Positions 22,436 to 35,262 of a stretch of 64,000 nt of DNA are shown one piece after another; position 1 is the first letter of the stretch, and every line of letters starts with the position of its first letter. The notes beneath the pieces are model-generated. The model ran no database searches, was not told the DNA's origin, and worked only from the letters and a program-made list of their open reading frames with translations. The stretch covers positions 43,648,001 to 43,712,000 of the forward strand of contig CM069146.1 of assembly GCA_035221665.1 (NCBI GenBank). Reading direction: 5' to 3'. Origin of the DNA: Okamejei kenojei (Eukaryota). A program made the position numbers and the translations under genes.

Positions 22436-24062
22436 CAGTGGCTTGCAAAAGTATTTATATCCCTTGAACTTTTCCACATTTTGTCACGTTACAACCACAA
22501 ATGTAAATGTATTTTATTGGGATTTTATGTGATAGACCAACACAAAGTGGTGCATAATTGTGAAGTGGAAGGAAAATGATACATGGTTTTCAAATTTTTT
22601 TACAAATAAAAAACTGAAAAGTGTGGCGTGCAAAAGTATTCAGCCCCCTTTACTCTGATACCCCTAAATAAAATCCAGTGCAACCAATTGCCTTCAGAAG
22701 GCACCTAATTAGTAAACAAGAGTCCACTTGTGTGTAATCTAATCTCAGTATAAATACAGCTGTTCTGTGAAAGCCTCAGAGGTTTGTTAGAAAACATTAG
22801 TGAATAATGACACCATCACGAAGCCCAAGGAACACACCAGACAGGTCAGGTTATAGGGATAAAGTTGTGGAGAAGTTTAAAGCAGGGTTAAGTTATAAAA
22901 AAATATCCCAAGCTTTGAACATCTCACGGAGCACTGTTCAATCCATCATCCGAAAATGGAAAGAGTATGGCACAACTGCAAACCTAACAAGACATGGCCG
23001 TCCACCTAAACTGACAGGCCTGGCAAGGAGAGCATTGATCAGAGAAGCAGCCAAGAGGCCCATGGTAACTCTGGAGGAGCTGCAGAGATCCACAGCTCAG
23101 GTGGGAGAATCTGGCCTCAGGACAACTATTAGTCATGCACTCCACAAATCGGGCCTTTATGGAAGAGTGGCAAGAAGAAAGCCTTTGTTGAAACAAAGCC
23201 ATAATAAGTCCCATTTGCAGTTTGCCACAAGCCATGTGGGGGACACAGCAAACATGTGGAGGAAGGTGCTCTGGTCTGATGAGACCAAAATTGAAGTTTT
23301 TGGCCTAAATGCAAAACGCTATGTGTGGCCGAAAACTAACACTGCACATCACCCTGAACACACCATCCCCACTGTGAAACATGGTGGTGGCAGCATCATG
23401 CTGTGGGGATGCTTTTCTTCAGTAGGGACAGGGAAGCTGGTCAGAGTTGATGGGAAGATGGATGGAGCCAAACACAGGGCAATCTTGGAAGAAAAGCTGT
23501 TATAGTCTGCAAAAGACTTGCGACTGGGGCGGAGGTTCACCTTCCAGCAGGCCAACGACCCTAAACATACGGCCAGAGCTACAATGGAATAGTTTAGATC
23601 AAAGCATATTCATGTGTTAGAATGGCCCAGTCAAAGTCCAGACTGAAATCCAATTGAGAATCTTTGGCAAGACATGAAAATTGCTGTTCACAGACGCTCT
23701 CCATCCAATCTGACTGAGCTTGAGCTATTTTGCAAATAAGAATGGGCAAAAATTTCAGTCTCTAGATGTGCAAAGCTGTTAGAGACATACCCCAAAAGAC
23801 TTGCAGCTGTAATTGCAGCAAAAGTTGGTTCTACAAAGTATTGACTCAGGGGGACTGAATACATTTGCATGCCACACTTTACAGTTTTTTATTTGTAATA
23901 AAATTTGCAAACCATGTATCACTTTCCTTCCACTTCACAATTATGTGCCACTTTGTGTTGGTCTATCACATAAAATCCCAATAAAATACATTTACGTTTG
24001 TGGTTGTAACGTGACAAAATGTGGAAAAGTTCAAGGGGTATGAATACTTTTGCAAGCCACTG
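22436..24062 (+). mobile_element. Tc1/mariner (DD34E, IR/DR type) DNA transposon, copy 1, full length but defective
   Basis: About 210-bp TIRs starting CAGTGGCTTGCAAAAGTATT, with inner direct repeat gcaaaagtattcagcccc; TA on the right (24063-24064), AA on the left; transposase sequence inside. Confidence 0.97.
22818..23844 (+). pseudogene. Tc1 transposase pseudogene (339-codon ancestral frame; residual 232-aa ORF at 22807-23505)
   Basis: [30 protein letters not shown](A)NDPKH, SPD*NPIENLW, GSTKY*. Start ATG>ACG, 7-bp insertion, stops at 23503, 23590, 23644 and 23737. Confidence 0.95.
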
Positions 24063-25518
24063 TACATAGGTAGTACTATTTACATTGAAATCGTCTTTTA
24101 AAGCCTTTGAGATTGAAGGATTGAGAAAACAAAGAGACGAGAGAGAGAGAATTAATAGGGCAAGGTACCCACTATTAAGTTATCGATTTAAGTTTCTCGT
24201 GTATCCAATTGGTAATTTACATGCAAATCCAACACATCATGCACGGTAAAGGGACTTGAAGGTGCAGTCATATCTGGTGATGTAAACCTAACAGCAGAGC
24301 TGCTCGAATAGCTCACTAATTTGTGGCAAATCAGAATTCCAAGGAAATCCTCTTCCTAGTTGCAATATTTACACAATAATGATGATTGGCTTTTACATTC
24401 CTTTAAATCTTGCCATTGATGTACAGGTGCCCTGTCACTCCTTTCGATTCAGGTCAAGCCCCAAGTATATGCAAGGTGACTATGTGAAATGTTTTCAGAA
24501 ATGGCTGGACCAGTAATAACTCATTTGGAGACACTATTCTGATGTCAAATGACTGGTAGTTAGTAGTCAATTTCTAAAAATGGATTTCTTATAAATTAAT
24601 AGCAGTCATCTCAGCACACATACAATAAAATTAACACAGTTCTGCAGTAACAAATTGCTTCACCTATGACAAAAATAGTTTGACCTACTCTGTTGATATA
24701 TGTGTAAGGTGTGATTGCACTCGCTGTTCTATCACAGTGTGGGAATTATATAGGAATATGCTACCCACATGAATATTCCTATGTCAGTTCATATGTTATT
24801 AAATTAAACTTAGATTAAATTAAACATTAAATTACTTAAACTGCATAGCGGGATCTTGTGGATTGAGAAAATAAGTCAAAGATTAAGTGCTTTAAATAAA
24901 CCACCAGTTAACGATCATTGCATATTGAGAAATGTACTTTTGACCCAAATACAACCAGTTTAAGCAGTCTTTATGGAAATAAAAGCAACAAAAAGATTTT
25001 TTTTTTAAAAGGAGATTTTTTTGAGAGTTGGAAGATTTTTTGTTACATTCTTCAATTCTATATTCCTCAGTATTGTACATGATTTAAAATTGCTTTTAAA
25101 AAATAGAAAATATGCTTCCATGCATTGAAACTTGCCATTTTCCTTGATAGATCAGCATTTGATAGTCACTTCTGCATGTGAGACAGTTGGGATCATTTCC
25201 TTTGAAACTGTATTTTGAGAATAGTTTCAATAATGTTTCTGTCCGCACAAATATATTAAAATAATTCCTTTGCTCTTTTTTTTAAAAGGCCATATTGATC
25301 CGTCATGACAAACCAGCATTACTTTTCTGGGTAGAATTCATGGTGAGGGCCAGAATTTGAAATTGGCAGCAACCTGTTCACGCTCAATGCTGATCTCCAA
25401 AAAGGCTCTGACTTGCCATGTGAGGTTTCCCCAGCATAATTCACTCTCCTTCCATCACATTAAAGGCAATAGGGCATTTTGTTATAAGGAAGCAAGATTG
25501 GAATGAGGCAGGCAGGTA

Positions 25519-27103
25519 CAGTGGCTTGCAAAAGTATTCATACCTCTTGAACTTTTCCACATTTTGTCACGTTACAACCACAAACGTAAATGTATTTTAG
25601 TGGGATTGTATGTGATAGACCAACACAAAGTGGTGCATAAATGTGAAGTGGAAGTAAAATGATACATGGTTTCCAAATTTTATTACAAATAAAAAACTGA
25701 AAAGTGAGGCGTGCAAATGTATTCAGCCCCCCTGAGTCAATACTTTGTAGAACCAACTTTTGCTGCAATTACAGCTGCAAGTCTTTTGGGGTATGTCTCT
25801 ACCAGCTTTACACATCTAGAGACTGAAATTTTTGCCCATTCTTATTTGCAAAATAGCTCAAGCTCAGTCAGATTGGATGGATTGCGTCTGTGAACAGCAA
25901 TTTTGAAGTCTTGCCAGAGATTCTCAATTGGATTTAGGTCTAGACTTTGACTGGGCCATACTAACACATGAATATGCTTTCATCTAAACCATTCCATTGT
26001 AGCTCTGGCTGTATGTTTAGGGTCGTTGTCCTGCTGGAAGGTGAACCTCCGCCCCAGTCGCAAGTCTTTTGCAGACTCTAACAGCTTTTCTTCCAAGATT
26101 GCCCTGTATTTGGCTCCATCCATCTTCTCATCAACTCTGACTGGCTTCCCAGTCCCTGCTGAAGAAAAGCATCCCCACAGCATGATGCTGTCACCACCAT
26201 GTTTCACAGTGGGGATGGTGTGTTCAGGGTGATGTGCAGTGTTAGTTTTTCGCCACACATAACTTTTTGCATTTAGGCCAAAAACTTCAATTTTGGTCTC
26301 ATCAGACCAGAGCACCTTCCTCCACATGGCTTGTGGCAAACTGCAAACGGGACTTCTTATGGCTTTGTTTCAACAATGGCGTTCTTCTTGCCACTCTTCC
26401 ATAAAGGACCGATTTGTGGGGTGCACGACTAATAGTTGTCCTGTGGACAGATTCTCCCACCTGAGCTGTGAATCTCTGCAGCTCCTCCAGAGTTACCATC
26501 GGCCTCTTGGCTGCTTCTCTGATCAATGTTCTCCTTGCCCGGCCTGTCAGTTTAGGTGGACGGCCATGTCTTGGTAGGTTTGCAGTTGTGCCATACTCTT
26601 TCCATTTTCAGCTGATGGATTGAACAGTGCTCCGTGAGATGTTCAAAGCTTGGGATATTTTTTTATAACCTAACCCTGCTTTAGACTTCTCCACAACTTT
26701 ATCCCTGACCTGTCTGGTGTGTTCCTTGGGCTTCATGATGCTGTTTGTTCACTAATGTTCTCTAACAAACCTCTGAGGCTTTCTCAGAACAGCTGTATTT
26801 ATACTGAGATTAGATTACACACAAGTGGACTCTATTTACTAATTAGGTGACTTCTGAAGGCAATTGGTTGCACTGGATTTTATTTTGGGGTATCAGAGTA
26901 AAGGGGGCTGAATACTTTTGCACGCCACACTTTACAGTTTTTTATTTGTAAAAAAATTTGAAAACCACGTTCCACTTCAAATTATGCGCCACTTTGTGTT
27001 GGTCAATCACATAAAATCCCAATAAAATACATTTACGTTTGTGGTTGTAACGTGACAAAATGTGGAAAAGTTCAAGGGGTATGAATACTTTTGCAAGCCA
27101 CTG
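25519..27103 (-). mobile_element. Tc1/mariner transposon, copy 2, same family, inverted orientation
   Basis: TA TSD on both sides (25517-25518, 27104-27105); same TIRs as copy 1. Confidence 0.97.
25737..26736 (-). pseudogene. Tc1 transposase pseudogene
   Basis: MKPKEHTRQVRDKVVEK start; [12 protein letters not shown] and NPIEN (D-34-E spacing); several stops; 20-bp deletion between CATGTGG microhomologies at about 26325. Confidence 0.95.
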
Positions 27104-27894
27104 TATGGTGTAGAGCTAAGTGTGGTGCAGAGTGCAAGATCAAGTCAGAGCATTAAAAAGCAGCTGATCATCAAAGTGCTGTTTCAGTTAAGTTATGCTC
27201 CAGTTTGACCAGCTATTAATCTGATCAAAAGCACATTTTGACATTCAGAAACATTAAAAAAAAAAACTATTAACAGCTTTAATACATTTAAAACTTAAAT
27301 ATTAGAAAACACATTCAGTTCTTGAAATGTCAAAGTTGAATCATGTTTTGTTCCTCCCAGCCAACCCCCTCCAATGAAATCAGTGGAAAAGCTATCCATG
27401 TGTCATCTATAGTGGCACAGATTTTACAGGCAGGTTCACTGCCCAAGAAGCTGCTCCCACTTTGAGTTCCATTGGAGTGAACAGTTGCTTCAGTTTCAAG
27501 AATTGGGCATTTGTGCAGGGAAGTGATGATGAGAACGGTTACTGGGCAAATAACAGGAGTTACAGCAGAACTGCCGATATTTCCTTGTAAATCCAGGCCA
27601 CTCATTTATGAATACATTCTTCAGCAGCAACAGGTGCAACCATTATCAACAAGTTGCTCTCTGAGCTGCAGTAGTCTGCCATTTGTTTTATAAAACCATA
27701 TATTGTGATTTGCTTTGCCAGTGCGGTACAATACAGTACTGGACAGTTTCTGCAATAATTTGATGTTAGTCAATTAAATCTAACACCGATATTTAGGGTT
27801 AATATTTAGTGCACATCTCATTTTAACAGCATGACTATTATAATTAATACCAATCAAACTCTCTTGCACAGATTATGAACTTGCAATAAATGGG

Positions 27895-28205
27895 AAGCAC
27901 AGTGGCATATGAGCTACTGCTGCCTCTAAGTTTGTGATCTGGATTTCATCCTGATCTCTGGAGGATTTAGTATGGAGTCAATACGTTCTTCCTGACACTG
28001 CTTGAGTTTCCTCTGTGTGCTCTGATTTCCTCCCTCATTCCAAAACCATGCTATTTGCTAGGTTAATTGGCCACTAAATTGTCCCCTGAGTGGGTGGATG
28101 GCAGGAAAATTCAGGGGAAGATGATGGACATAGGTTATAAGAAAATAAGTTGAAGGGTGGGATTGCTCTGACCCATCATAGATTAGTTGAGGCCAAATGG
28201 CTGTC
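27895..28205 (+). mobile_element. Old, diverged V-SINE
   Basis: gcacagtggc head, ggag..tacgttct V-domain, ggttaattggcc..taaattgtccc core. Confidence 0.65.
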
Positions 28206-28499
28206 TTCTTTGCTTTAAGGAAGTATAAGATGTTTAGAGCCTCGTGTCTGAAAAGAAGCAATTAAAAGGAGTAGGTTTGAGACTCAGAAGAGAATAGAAA
28301 GTGATTAAAATGTCTGAGAAACCTGAGACTTCAGGAAGCATTTAATAGGAATGTGGTGGAGGGTTCTTCTGGTGGATCACGTGGCCAAAATTGAAAAATA
28401 GAATTTATAGGGCGTTATTCTGTCATTTCTTTTACCCGCATGCGCAATGGCAAAGGGGAAATAGGATTAGCAAAGTAAATGCACAGCTCTGAGCTCTGA

Positions 28500-29242
28500 C
28501 CTCAAATTCCCCATCCCATTCCCACACTGACCAGTCTGCCCTTTGCATCCTCCTCTGCCAATAGAGCCAATCATGAACTGGAGGAATGGCTCATCATATT
28601 CCTCCACAACCCAATGCCATGAATATTAAACTGTCCAATTTCAGATAACCCACCCCCTTCTGCCCTTTTCCCTCTCCAATTTACACTGGTCTATGATTCC
28701 AACAAGTATCTAGGTACATCTGACATTGAACCATTTTCCCACCATGCCACCCAGTCCCTATCACCCTCTTTCTTTAGTTTCCCTTCCCAACACAGTCCAC
28801 ACATTCTATCACTAGGTTCCCTTCTTCTCTCCCTCACACTGCTCACCACTCTCCTCCCTCTATTGCCCCATCTGCAACCATCCTTCGTTATTTGGTTCCA
28901 CACTTTGTTTGCATTTGTTTTCAAGTTCCAGTATCTGCAACATTTTGTTTTTCACTCATCACCTCCAACTTCTGCCAACCATGCTTCCCTCCCTCACTTA
29001 ACTATTGTCTGCCAGTCAAACCCTCCTCACCTGCACCTGCCTATTGCTTGTTAGCTCATGCCCCACCCCTCTTCCACACCTCTTTTACTGCCGACTTTCC
29101 TTCTACTCTTTCAATCCAGATGCAGATGTTTTGGTTCACGATCCAAAACATGAACTGTTCATTGCCCTCCACAGAGGCTGCTTAACCTGATGAGTTCATA
29201 CAGCAGCTATCCTTTTATTTTGATCTAGATTCCAGCATCTGC
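28500..29242 (+). mobile_element. Decayed Penelope-like element 3' end and terminal repeat
   Basis: cccattcccacactgacc..ctggaggaa..ctcatcatattc..atgaatattaaactgtccaatttcag, homologous to 51110-51245; pyrimidine-rich UTR. Confidence 0.7.
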
Positions 29243-29464
29243 AATCTGCTGCTCTTTGTACTGAAAACAGAGAGAGAAACAGAGGTCACATTTTTGGTCG
29301 ATCACCTTTCATCAGAAGTGAGAAATAGCCTCAGATTTTCTTTGGAAGGAATGCCACTTGCACACACGGTTTGTCTCAGATCAACTTGCATCATGAAAGA
29401 TAATTAAAAAACCTAATTGAGCATGGTCATAACTAACTAATTGCTTGTATCATTGTACACTAGC

Positions 29465-29830
29465 TGTAATGATGTTGTAGAGGTGTACAACATCATGAGA
29501 GGAGTAGTTTGGGTAAACGCACAGAGTCCCTTGCCCAGAGTATGTGAAATCGAGAGGATTAAAGTGAGAGGGGAAAGATTTATTAGGAATCTGAGGGGTA
29601 ACTATTTTACACAAAGGATGGTGGATGTATAGAACGAGCTGCAGGAGGAGGTAGTTGAGGCAGGTACTGTCACAACATTTAAGAAATATTTAGACGGGTA
29701 CATGGATAGGACAGGTTTAGAGGGATATGCGCCAAACACAGGCAAGTGGGGCCAGTATTGATGCAACATGTTGCTCAGTGTGAGCAAGTTGGGCCGAAGG
29801 GGCCATTTCCACACTGTATGACTCTGACTG
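29465..29830 (+). mobile_element. CR1 3' fragment
   Basis: EVYNIMRG..KVRGERFIRNLRGNYFTQRMV plus 3'UTR gttgggccgaagggg.catttcc. Confidence 0.85.
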
Positions 29831-31184
29831 GTAATGTCATACTCGTTGTATCAAAGTGTTGTCAGAATTGTGGAACAAAGTTGAAACAAATAATCCTCTC
29901 TAATAAAAAATCAAGTTGTTACTTCCATTTGACTTTGCTCAACCTTGGCTAATAGATTCAAGTTAAAGTGACATCACCATTCATCCTTCTGTCAGTCCAT
30001 TTATAACGGCTAACTGTTGAAGGATAGAATCCCAATAGATGGCTCAATCATTACCTGACCAGGTTGGACTTTTGAAAGAGGACGAGGAAGAAAGTGCACC
30101 AGATGTTCACCACGCCCAAATTTTCAAATGATCTTTGCCATATATTTGTCATTACTTGCTTCAAACTGCATTAAATATAATTTTGAAAATTGAAACTTAT
30201 TTAACCATTGATAAGATGATATGAATGTTTCATAGTTCCATCACTTTATTTGGTCAGGTGTGTTTTCTGTTGTGCAAGGTTGTTTTCAGATTCTAATTTG
30301 CAAGAATTTTATTGTCATGAGAGCATAGCTCTTATGACTTCTGTAATGTACTTTAATATTTAGCAAATGTTAGCCATAAGGTGCTAGATCCAAGGCCTGT
30401 TCTACTAATTTAAACAGACACCGGCTGTCATTACACAAGGACTGGATGAATTAATGGTTGCATCTTTTGTTTAAAGTGCTGAATTCAGGATGCAGCTGAC
30501 TTCTCAGGTGGGTTTACAAGGCATTATACAGAGGTTATTCAGAGGGTTTTCCTGACAACAGGACCAATATTTATTTGTCCATAGTTATTAGACCATTACT
30601 TTGTCATTATCTCATTGCTGTTTGTGGACTTCGTTATGTGAAAATTGACTTCCCTGCTTCCTATATTTTACATCAGTGTCTGGACTTCAAAAGGTAATTA
30701 CTGAGTTGGCTAAAATACTTATTAGATATTTGGTGACATCTATTAGAAGGGAAGAGAGTGCTGACAAAATATTGCAAAGTGGGGATGAAAGTCAGTGACC
30801 AGGATTTAGGGTAAAGTCTGTCTTTCCTTACAACGGGATAATAGACTGATTCTTATGGTTCGCAGCCTAGCTTGTTGAAGGAATGGCAGAAGGGCATGGA
30901 ATGTCCCAAGGGTACCCATAACCCAAGAGGGAGTAGGTGCTATTAAAATAGTTAATAAAGCACACTCTTCTGAGTTTTGCCATGGAAAGATATTTCCAGG
31001 TAGACCGTGGAAAAGATTCAATAATATGGACAAAGAATCCTATGAGAAATGCAGCATTCCCACTTATTGCAGAGAATCTCTGGCCCATGACCACTCAAAG
31101 TGGAAAAGGAGAATTCAGGATGCCATTGAGAATTTCATCCACATATCGTGAGCTCTGAGAAGTCTTCTACACACCCGTGCATAA

Positions 31185-31500
31185 CAAAGAACACTAAACA
31201 GCACAGCACAGAATAAGGCCCACAAGGTCATGTCTATTAAAACTAAAACTTTCTGCCTGCAAGTGTTCCATATCTCTTCATTCCCTGCATATTCATGTGT
31301 CTATCTAATGCCCTGACCATGAGGGCATGAGGGGGATGAGCATACCATATGCCTTCATTCCTACTATATCTACTTGTGTTACTGCACTTAGAACCCTTGT
31401 AGACTTGGACCCCAAGATCCCTCTGTTCAATGCTGTTAAGAAACCTGTTATTAACTGCACATTGAAACAATGTCTCTTCTTCACGATTAGCAATTCTTTC
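31185..31500 (-). mobile_element. CR1 fragments (internally deleted)
   Basis: LNSIEQRDLGVQVY and KAYGML motifs joined to the CR1 3' end. Confidence 0.7.
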
Positions 31501-31679
31501 AATTATTTTGAAGAACGAATCACTCTTCATGATGTAAACCTATTGTTTCTTATGCATTCTACACTTTTGCTCCTCGTACCACATTGTTAAATGTTCATTG
31601 TAATGGATTGCGCAGAACTGCTCAAAAGATGCAATGTTGGCCTAACCAATATTTGTAGCAGAGCTTAATATTAAAAAAC

Positions 31680-32015
31680 AAAGGACAGCAGATGGTGGCT
31701 AATACACAAAATTACACAAAAAGTCCTGGTGTCATTCAGTAGGTCAGACAGCATCTCTGGAGAAGATGGATAGATGGAACCTTTCTGCCCTCTTCTGCTC
31801 TTATCTATGTCCATGGTTCCAACCATCTGCCTATCTAAACCTCCCTTCGCCTATGTCCACCTGCCACACTTTGTCTTGCTTCTTTTCTTTTCCAGCTTTC
31901 TTCTCCCCCCCCCCCCATTCAATCAGTCTGAAGAAAGGTCTTGGCCTGAAATGTCACCTATCCATATTTTCCACAGATGAAACATGACCTGCTGAGTTAG
32001 TCCAGCACACTTTAT
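31680..32015. mobile_element. Penelope-derived fold-back terminal repeat
   Basis: Inverted arms with a hammerhead core at 31928. Confidence 0.8.
31928..31955 (+). ncRNA. Minimal type I hammerhead ribozyme core (Penelope-associated)
   Basis: CUGAAGA-A-AGGUC-UU-GGCCU-GAAAU-GUC: both conserved boxes intact, helix II pairs, GUC triplet. Confidence 0.65.
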
Positions 32016-34164
32016 CCTTTCGTAGCTGAATATATTTACCATCAATTATTGTTTTTATGTTTGATGCCATGTGTGTGAATTCTTGGATCCCAATTTATTG
32101 TCGACACTTGCGTGGTTGAAGGAATATGTATCTGCTCTATGTAATTTAATTGTTGTTCAATAATATCCTGAGTCTCTTTCCATTCATTGATCTTTATCCA
32201 AAATATACCTCGTCGCCATTCTATTAATTGAACTGTATTTACTACCTTTCTGCCCCCTCCACAAAGCTTTCTATACATTCACATATACATGTTCATATTA
32301 TTTATTTTAAATGAGAATCAAAAAGCTTTGCAAAATGTATCTTTGCTGCAGCAACACGCTTGGAACTTTTCAGAAAGCTAAAATGTTTTAGTTTTTACAC
32401 ATTTATTTGTTTTCGTGTCATTTTGAAATATGTGTACCTGCAACTGGTGATCTTCTTAGAATATTCTTACCTGCAGTCCTATAAATTACACTAGCTATTT
32501 CAGCAAAAATGTTGAAAATTGCATTAGATATGCAAGAATATTGTTAATAATAACTGCTGGTATTTGTTTAGTAACTTGACATGCATCAAATTAGACATAA
32601 CAATTTATGGCAAGTTTTTTTTCCCCTTCATCTTTGCTGTGACTTCAAACACATGGAACTTACACACAGACCAGAGTTGTGATTTTGAGAGCCATTTGTG
32701 TGAAGTTCACCTTGTTTGCCCTGCAGCACCTTCATAAATCTTGTTCTATGTCATTTATTATTATATTTAATTAATTATTGATCTTTAACCTTTAAACAAA
32801 CTATAACTGATTTGAAACTAATTTCTCAACAGATCAGCTAACATTTTAAAATGTGTTCTTAAATTCCACCACAACTGAACATGCAGAACAACATTCAGCA
32901 TCTTTAAGATGATTTATCACTTGGTTAAACTTTGATTCAGGAACTTCACAACCATCATTCTTGAAGCTCTCAGAAAAATAAACACCTCTGGTTCCAAGAA
33001 AAGTATTAATTTCTGTTGACAAATGAAACACTGTAAATGATTATGGTTGTAATGGATTCAATAGGTATTTTTGGTCTGGAATGAGTCCAATGACCAAATG
33101 TTGTGCCTTTTCACCAGGTAAAAATAATGATCTCTACTTTTTGTGGTTGGTATTATTGTTTAAGAAAATTGATATGTTCAGAAAGAAGTCACCACTTTAG
33201 ATTAACTTGGTGATTTATTTTCTAATTCTTAACTCGGCATCAAGAAAAAAGCCCTGATATTTAAATTAAGATTCTCTGTTCATATGTTAATGCAGATAAT
33301 TAATTATCACTTTTGTATGTTACATTCCATTCAGTTTTCTGCAAATTCATATCAGCGCATAAAGGTCACCAGAAGCAAGCCATAGATAAATGTCTGACAT
33401 TCAAAATGACAACTGAGATGTTATCATAAAATGATAATGCAGCAGAAGCCTCACTTACATTATTATAAAGCCATTATACAAATTTTCACCATTTGCTGAA
33501 TGGGAAGGATAATATAAAATAAATTTTCTTGGAAATCCCAAATGTCAGATGAGTACTCCAAATGGTAAACTCATTAGGATTGTCTCCTTTGAGATGAGAT
33601 ATGATTTGCAAATTCTTATGGTGTACAGAAAGCCCATTCATTGAGAAAACCTTCATAAAAATGGGAATAGATATCTCTCGTTCATTGATACCTATACAGT
33701 CAAAAATTATTCAACACAGAAAGGAAAAAAAAGACTGCTTGTGGTCTCTAACCATTCAGAAGTATGATTTAATATTATCAAACCTGAAAAATCAGTTCGC
33801 AGCTCATGATACAACAGCATTCAATTATTCTATACCCAAGTAATTATATTTCCAGATAAACACACCCTCAAATCTGTCAATTATTCTAAAAAAAAACTCA
33901 GTTTTGATATGTACTTTTATCAATCAAATTTATGACTAAGATAACAATGAAAGAAAGACTTTATTTGGAAAAGAGCCATGAGAGTAGCTATACTAGATGG
34001 ACTTTTATTAACAATGACAGCCTAATTTAATTTAGTTATAGAAATGGGCACAGCGCTCAGTGCTAAGAAGCCTAATAGATTCACTTAACAGCTGAAGTAA
34101 AAGGTTGGATACTTGGGGACCTTTGCTAATTCATGATCAAAGACTTAAGCATGATTTGGAGTCA

Positions 34165-35262
34165 GACTGTCATAAAGGATGGAAGCAGGCCCTTCAGCAC
34201 AAATTGTCCATGCTGACCAAGCTGCCCAATGGGCCGGCCTTAGGAGGTACGGCGCCCAATTGGGAACAATTTTGGTGAGCCCCAGGTTCCCAGCCAAGGT
34301 CTGTAAAATCATAGAAATATAAATAAAGTCTATTATAGGCTTTATATCTCTATGGTATAATGAAAGTAATCAAAATGTGCGCTTAAAAAGTGCCTGCGAA
34401 TTAATGGACCAAACAGATCTAAGCTACATTTTAATATAAAATTGCATACATGTAAGCTTACAAGTAACAAACAAAATGTGTAGATCACCTCTGAAAAGAA
34501 CATAGTTACAATACCACTGTTTTAGTGACTGTGAAATGAGGAAAAAAAAATAGTTAACTAGATCCTGGAAAACCAATAACTATTGGTGAAAAACCAGTCC
34601 AGGCATTGAATGTTGGGCTTCAACCCCATTCTAACATGTGTGCGTGTGCATGTACATGTGTGTGTGTTAGTTGTCTGTGCGTTATTTGTGTGTTTGTGTG
34701 TGGGAGGGAGGGAGGGAGGGAAGAAGGGAAGGGAGGGATAGAAGGGGAGGAGAGAAGGGAGGGAGAGGGCCGATGGCAGGAGGGGACGCCGGGATCCGGG
34801 CGGACGGGTGTTAACCAAGGCCGAGGTTTGTAAACGTTGCTCCAACTGCCGGCCTGGCCCTCCCTGTATTGTTCACTGCGTCTCCCCGGGGAGAGAACGG
34901 GGGGGAGCTGGGGCTGTGTGTGTGAAGCACCGCGACTGGAGGGGCAGGAGCGCTGCCCTGGGACTGTGAGGGAATGACCCACCTCCCCTTTCTCCATTCC
35001 CCCTCACGCCCCCTCCCCTTCTATCCCTTTCTTCCCCCTCCACCCCTCTACTCTCTGTCCACCCCTCTCTCCCCCCTCCACCTGGGGTAGATCTACCTGA
35101 GCCGAGAGTAGATTACTCTGGTGCGGGGCCCAATTGGGAGCAATTGGTCCAATCGGCTTAAGGCCGGCCCTGGCTGCCCACCTATACTAGTCCTACTTGC
35201 CCGCATTTGGCCTATATCCCTCTCAAACTTTCCTGTCCATGAACCCGGACAAATGTCTTTTA
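34165..35262 (-). mobile_element. CR1 3' end (34165-34228 and 35173-35262) split by the hAT insert
   Basis: gcaggcccttcagc..gtccatgctgaccaagctgccca | cctatactagtcctacttgcccgcatttggcc is contiguous CR1 3' sequence once the insert is removed. Confidence 0.85.
34229..35172. mobile_element. Non-autonomous hAT (Tip100-like) DNA transposon, 944 bp
   Basis: TIR (at)GGGCCGGCCTTA / TAAGGCCGGCCCTG, subterminal gcccaattggga repeats at both ends, perfect 8-bp TSD GCTGCCCA (34221-34228, 35173-35180). Confidence 0.92.

Noticed and set aside
27330-27693. Short ORFs in unique DNA as host exons
   Set aside because: No recognisable protein similarity and no convincing paired splice sites.
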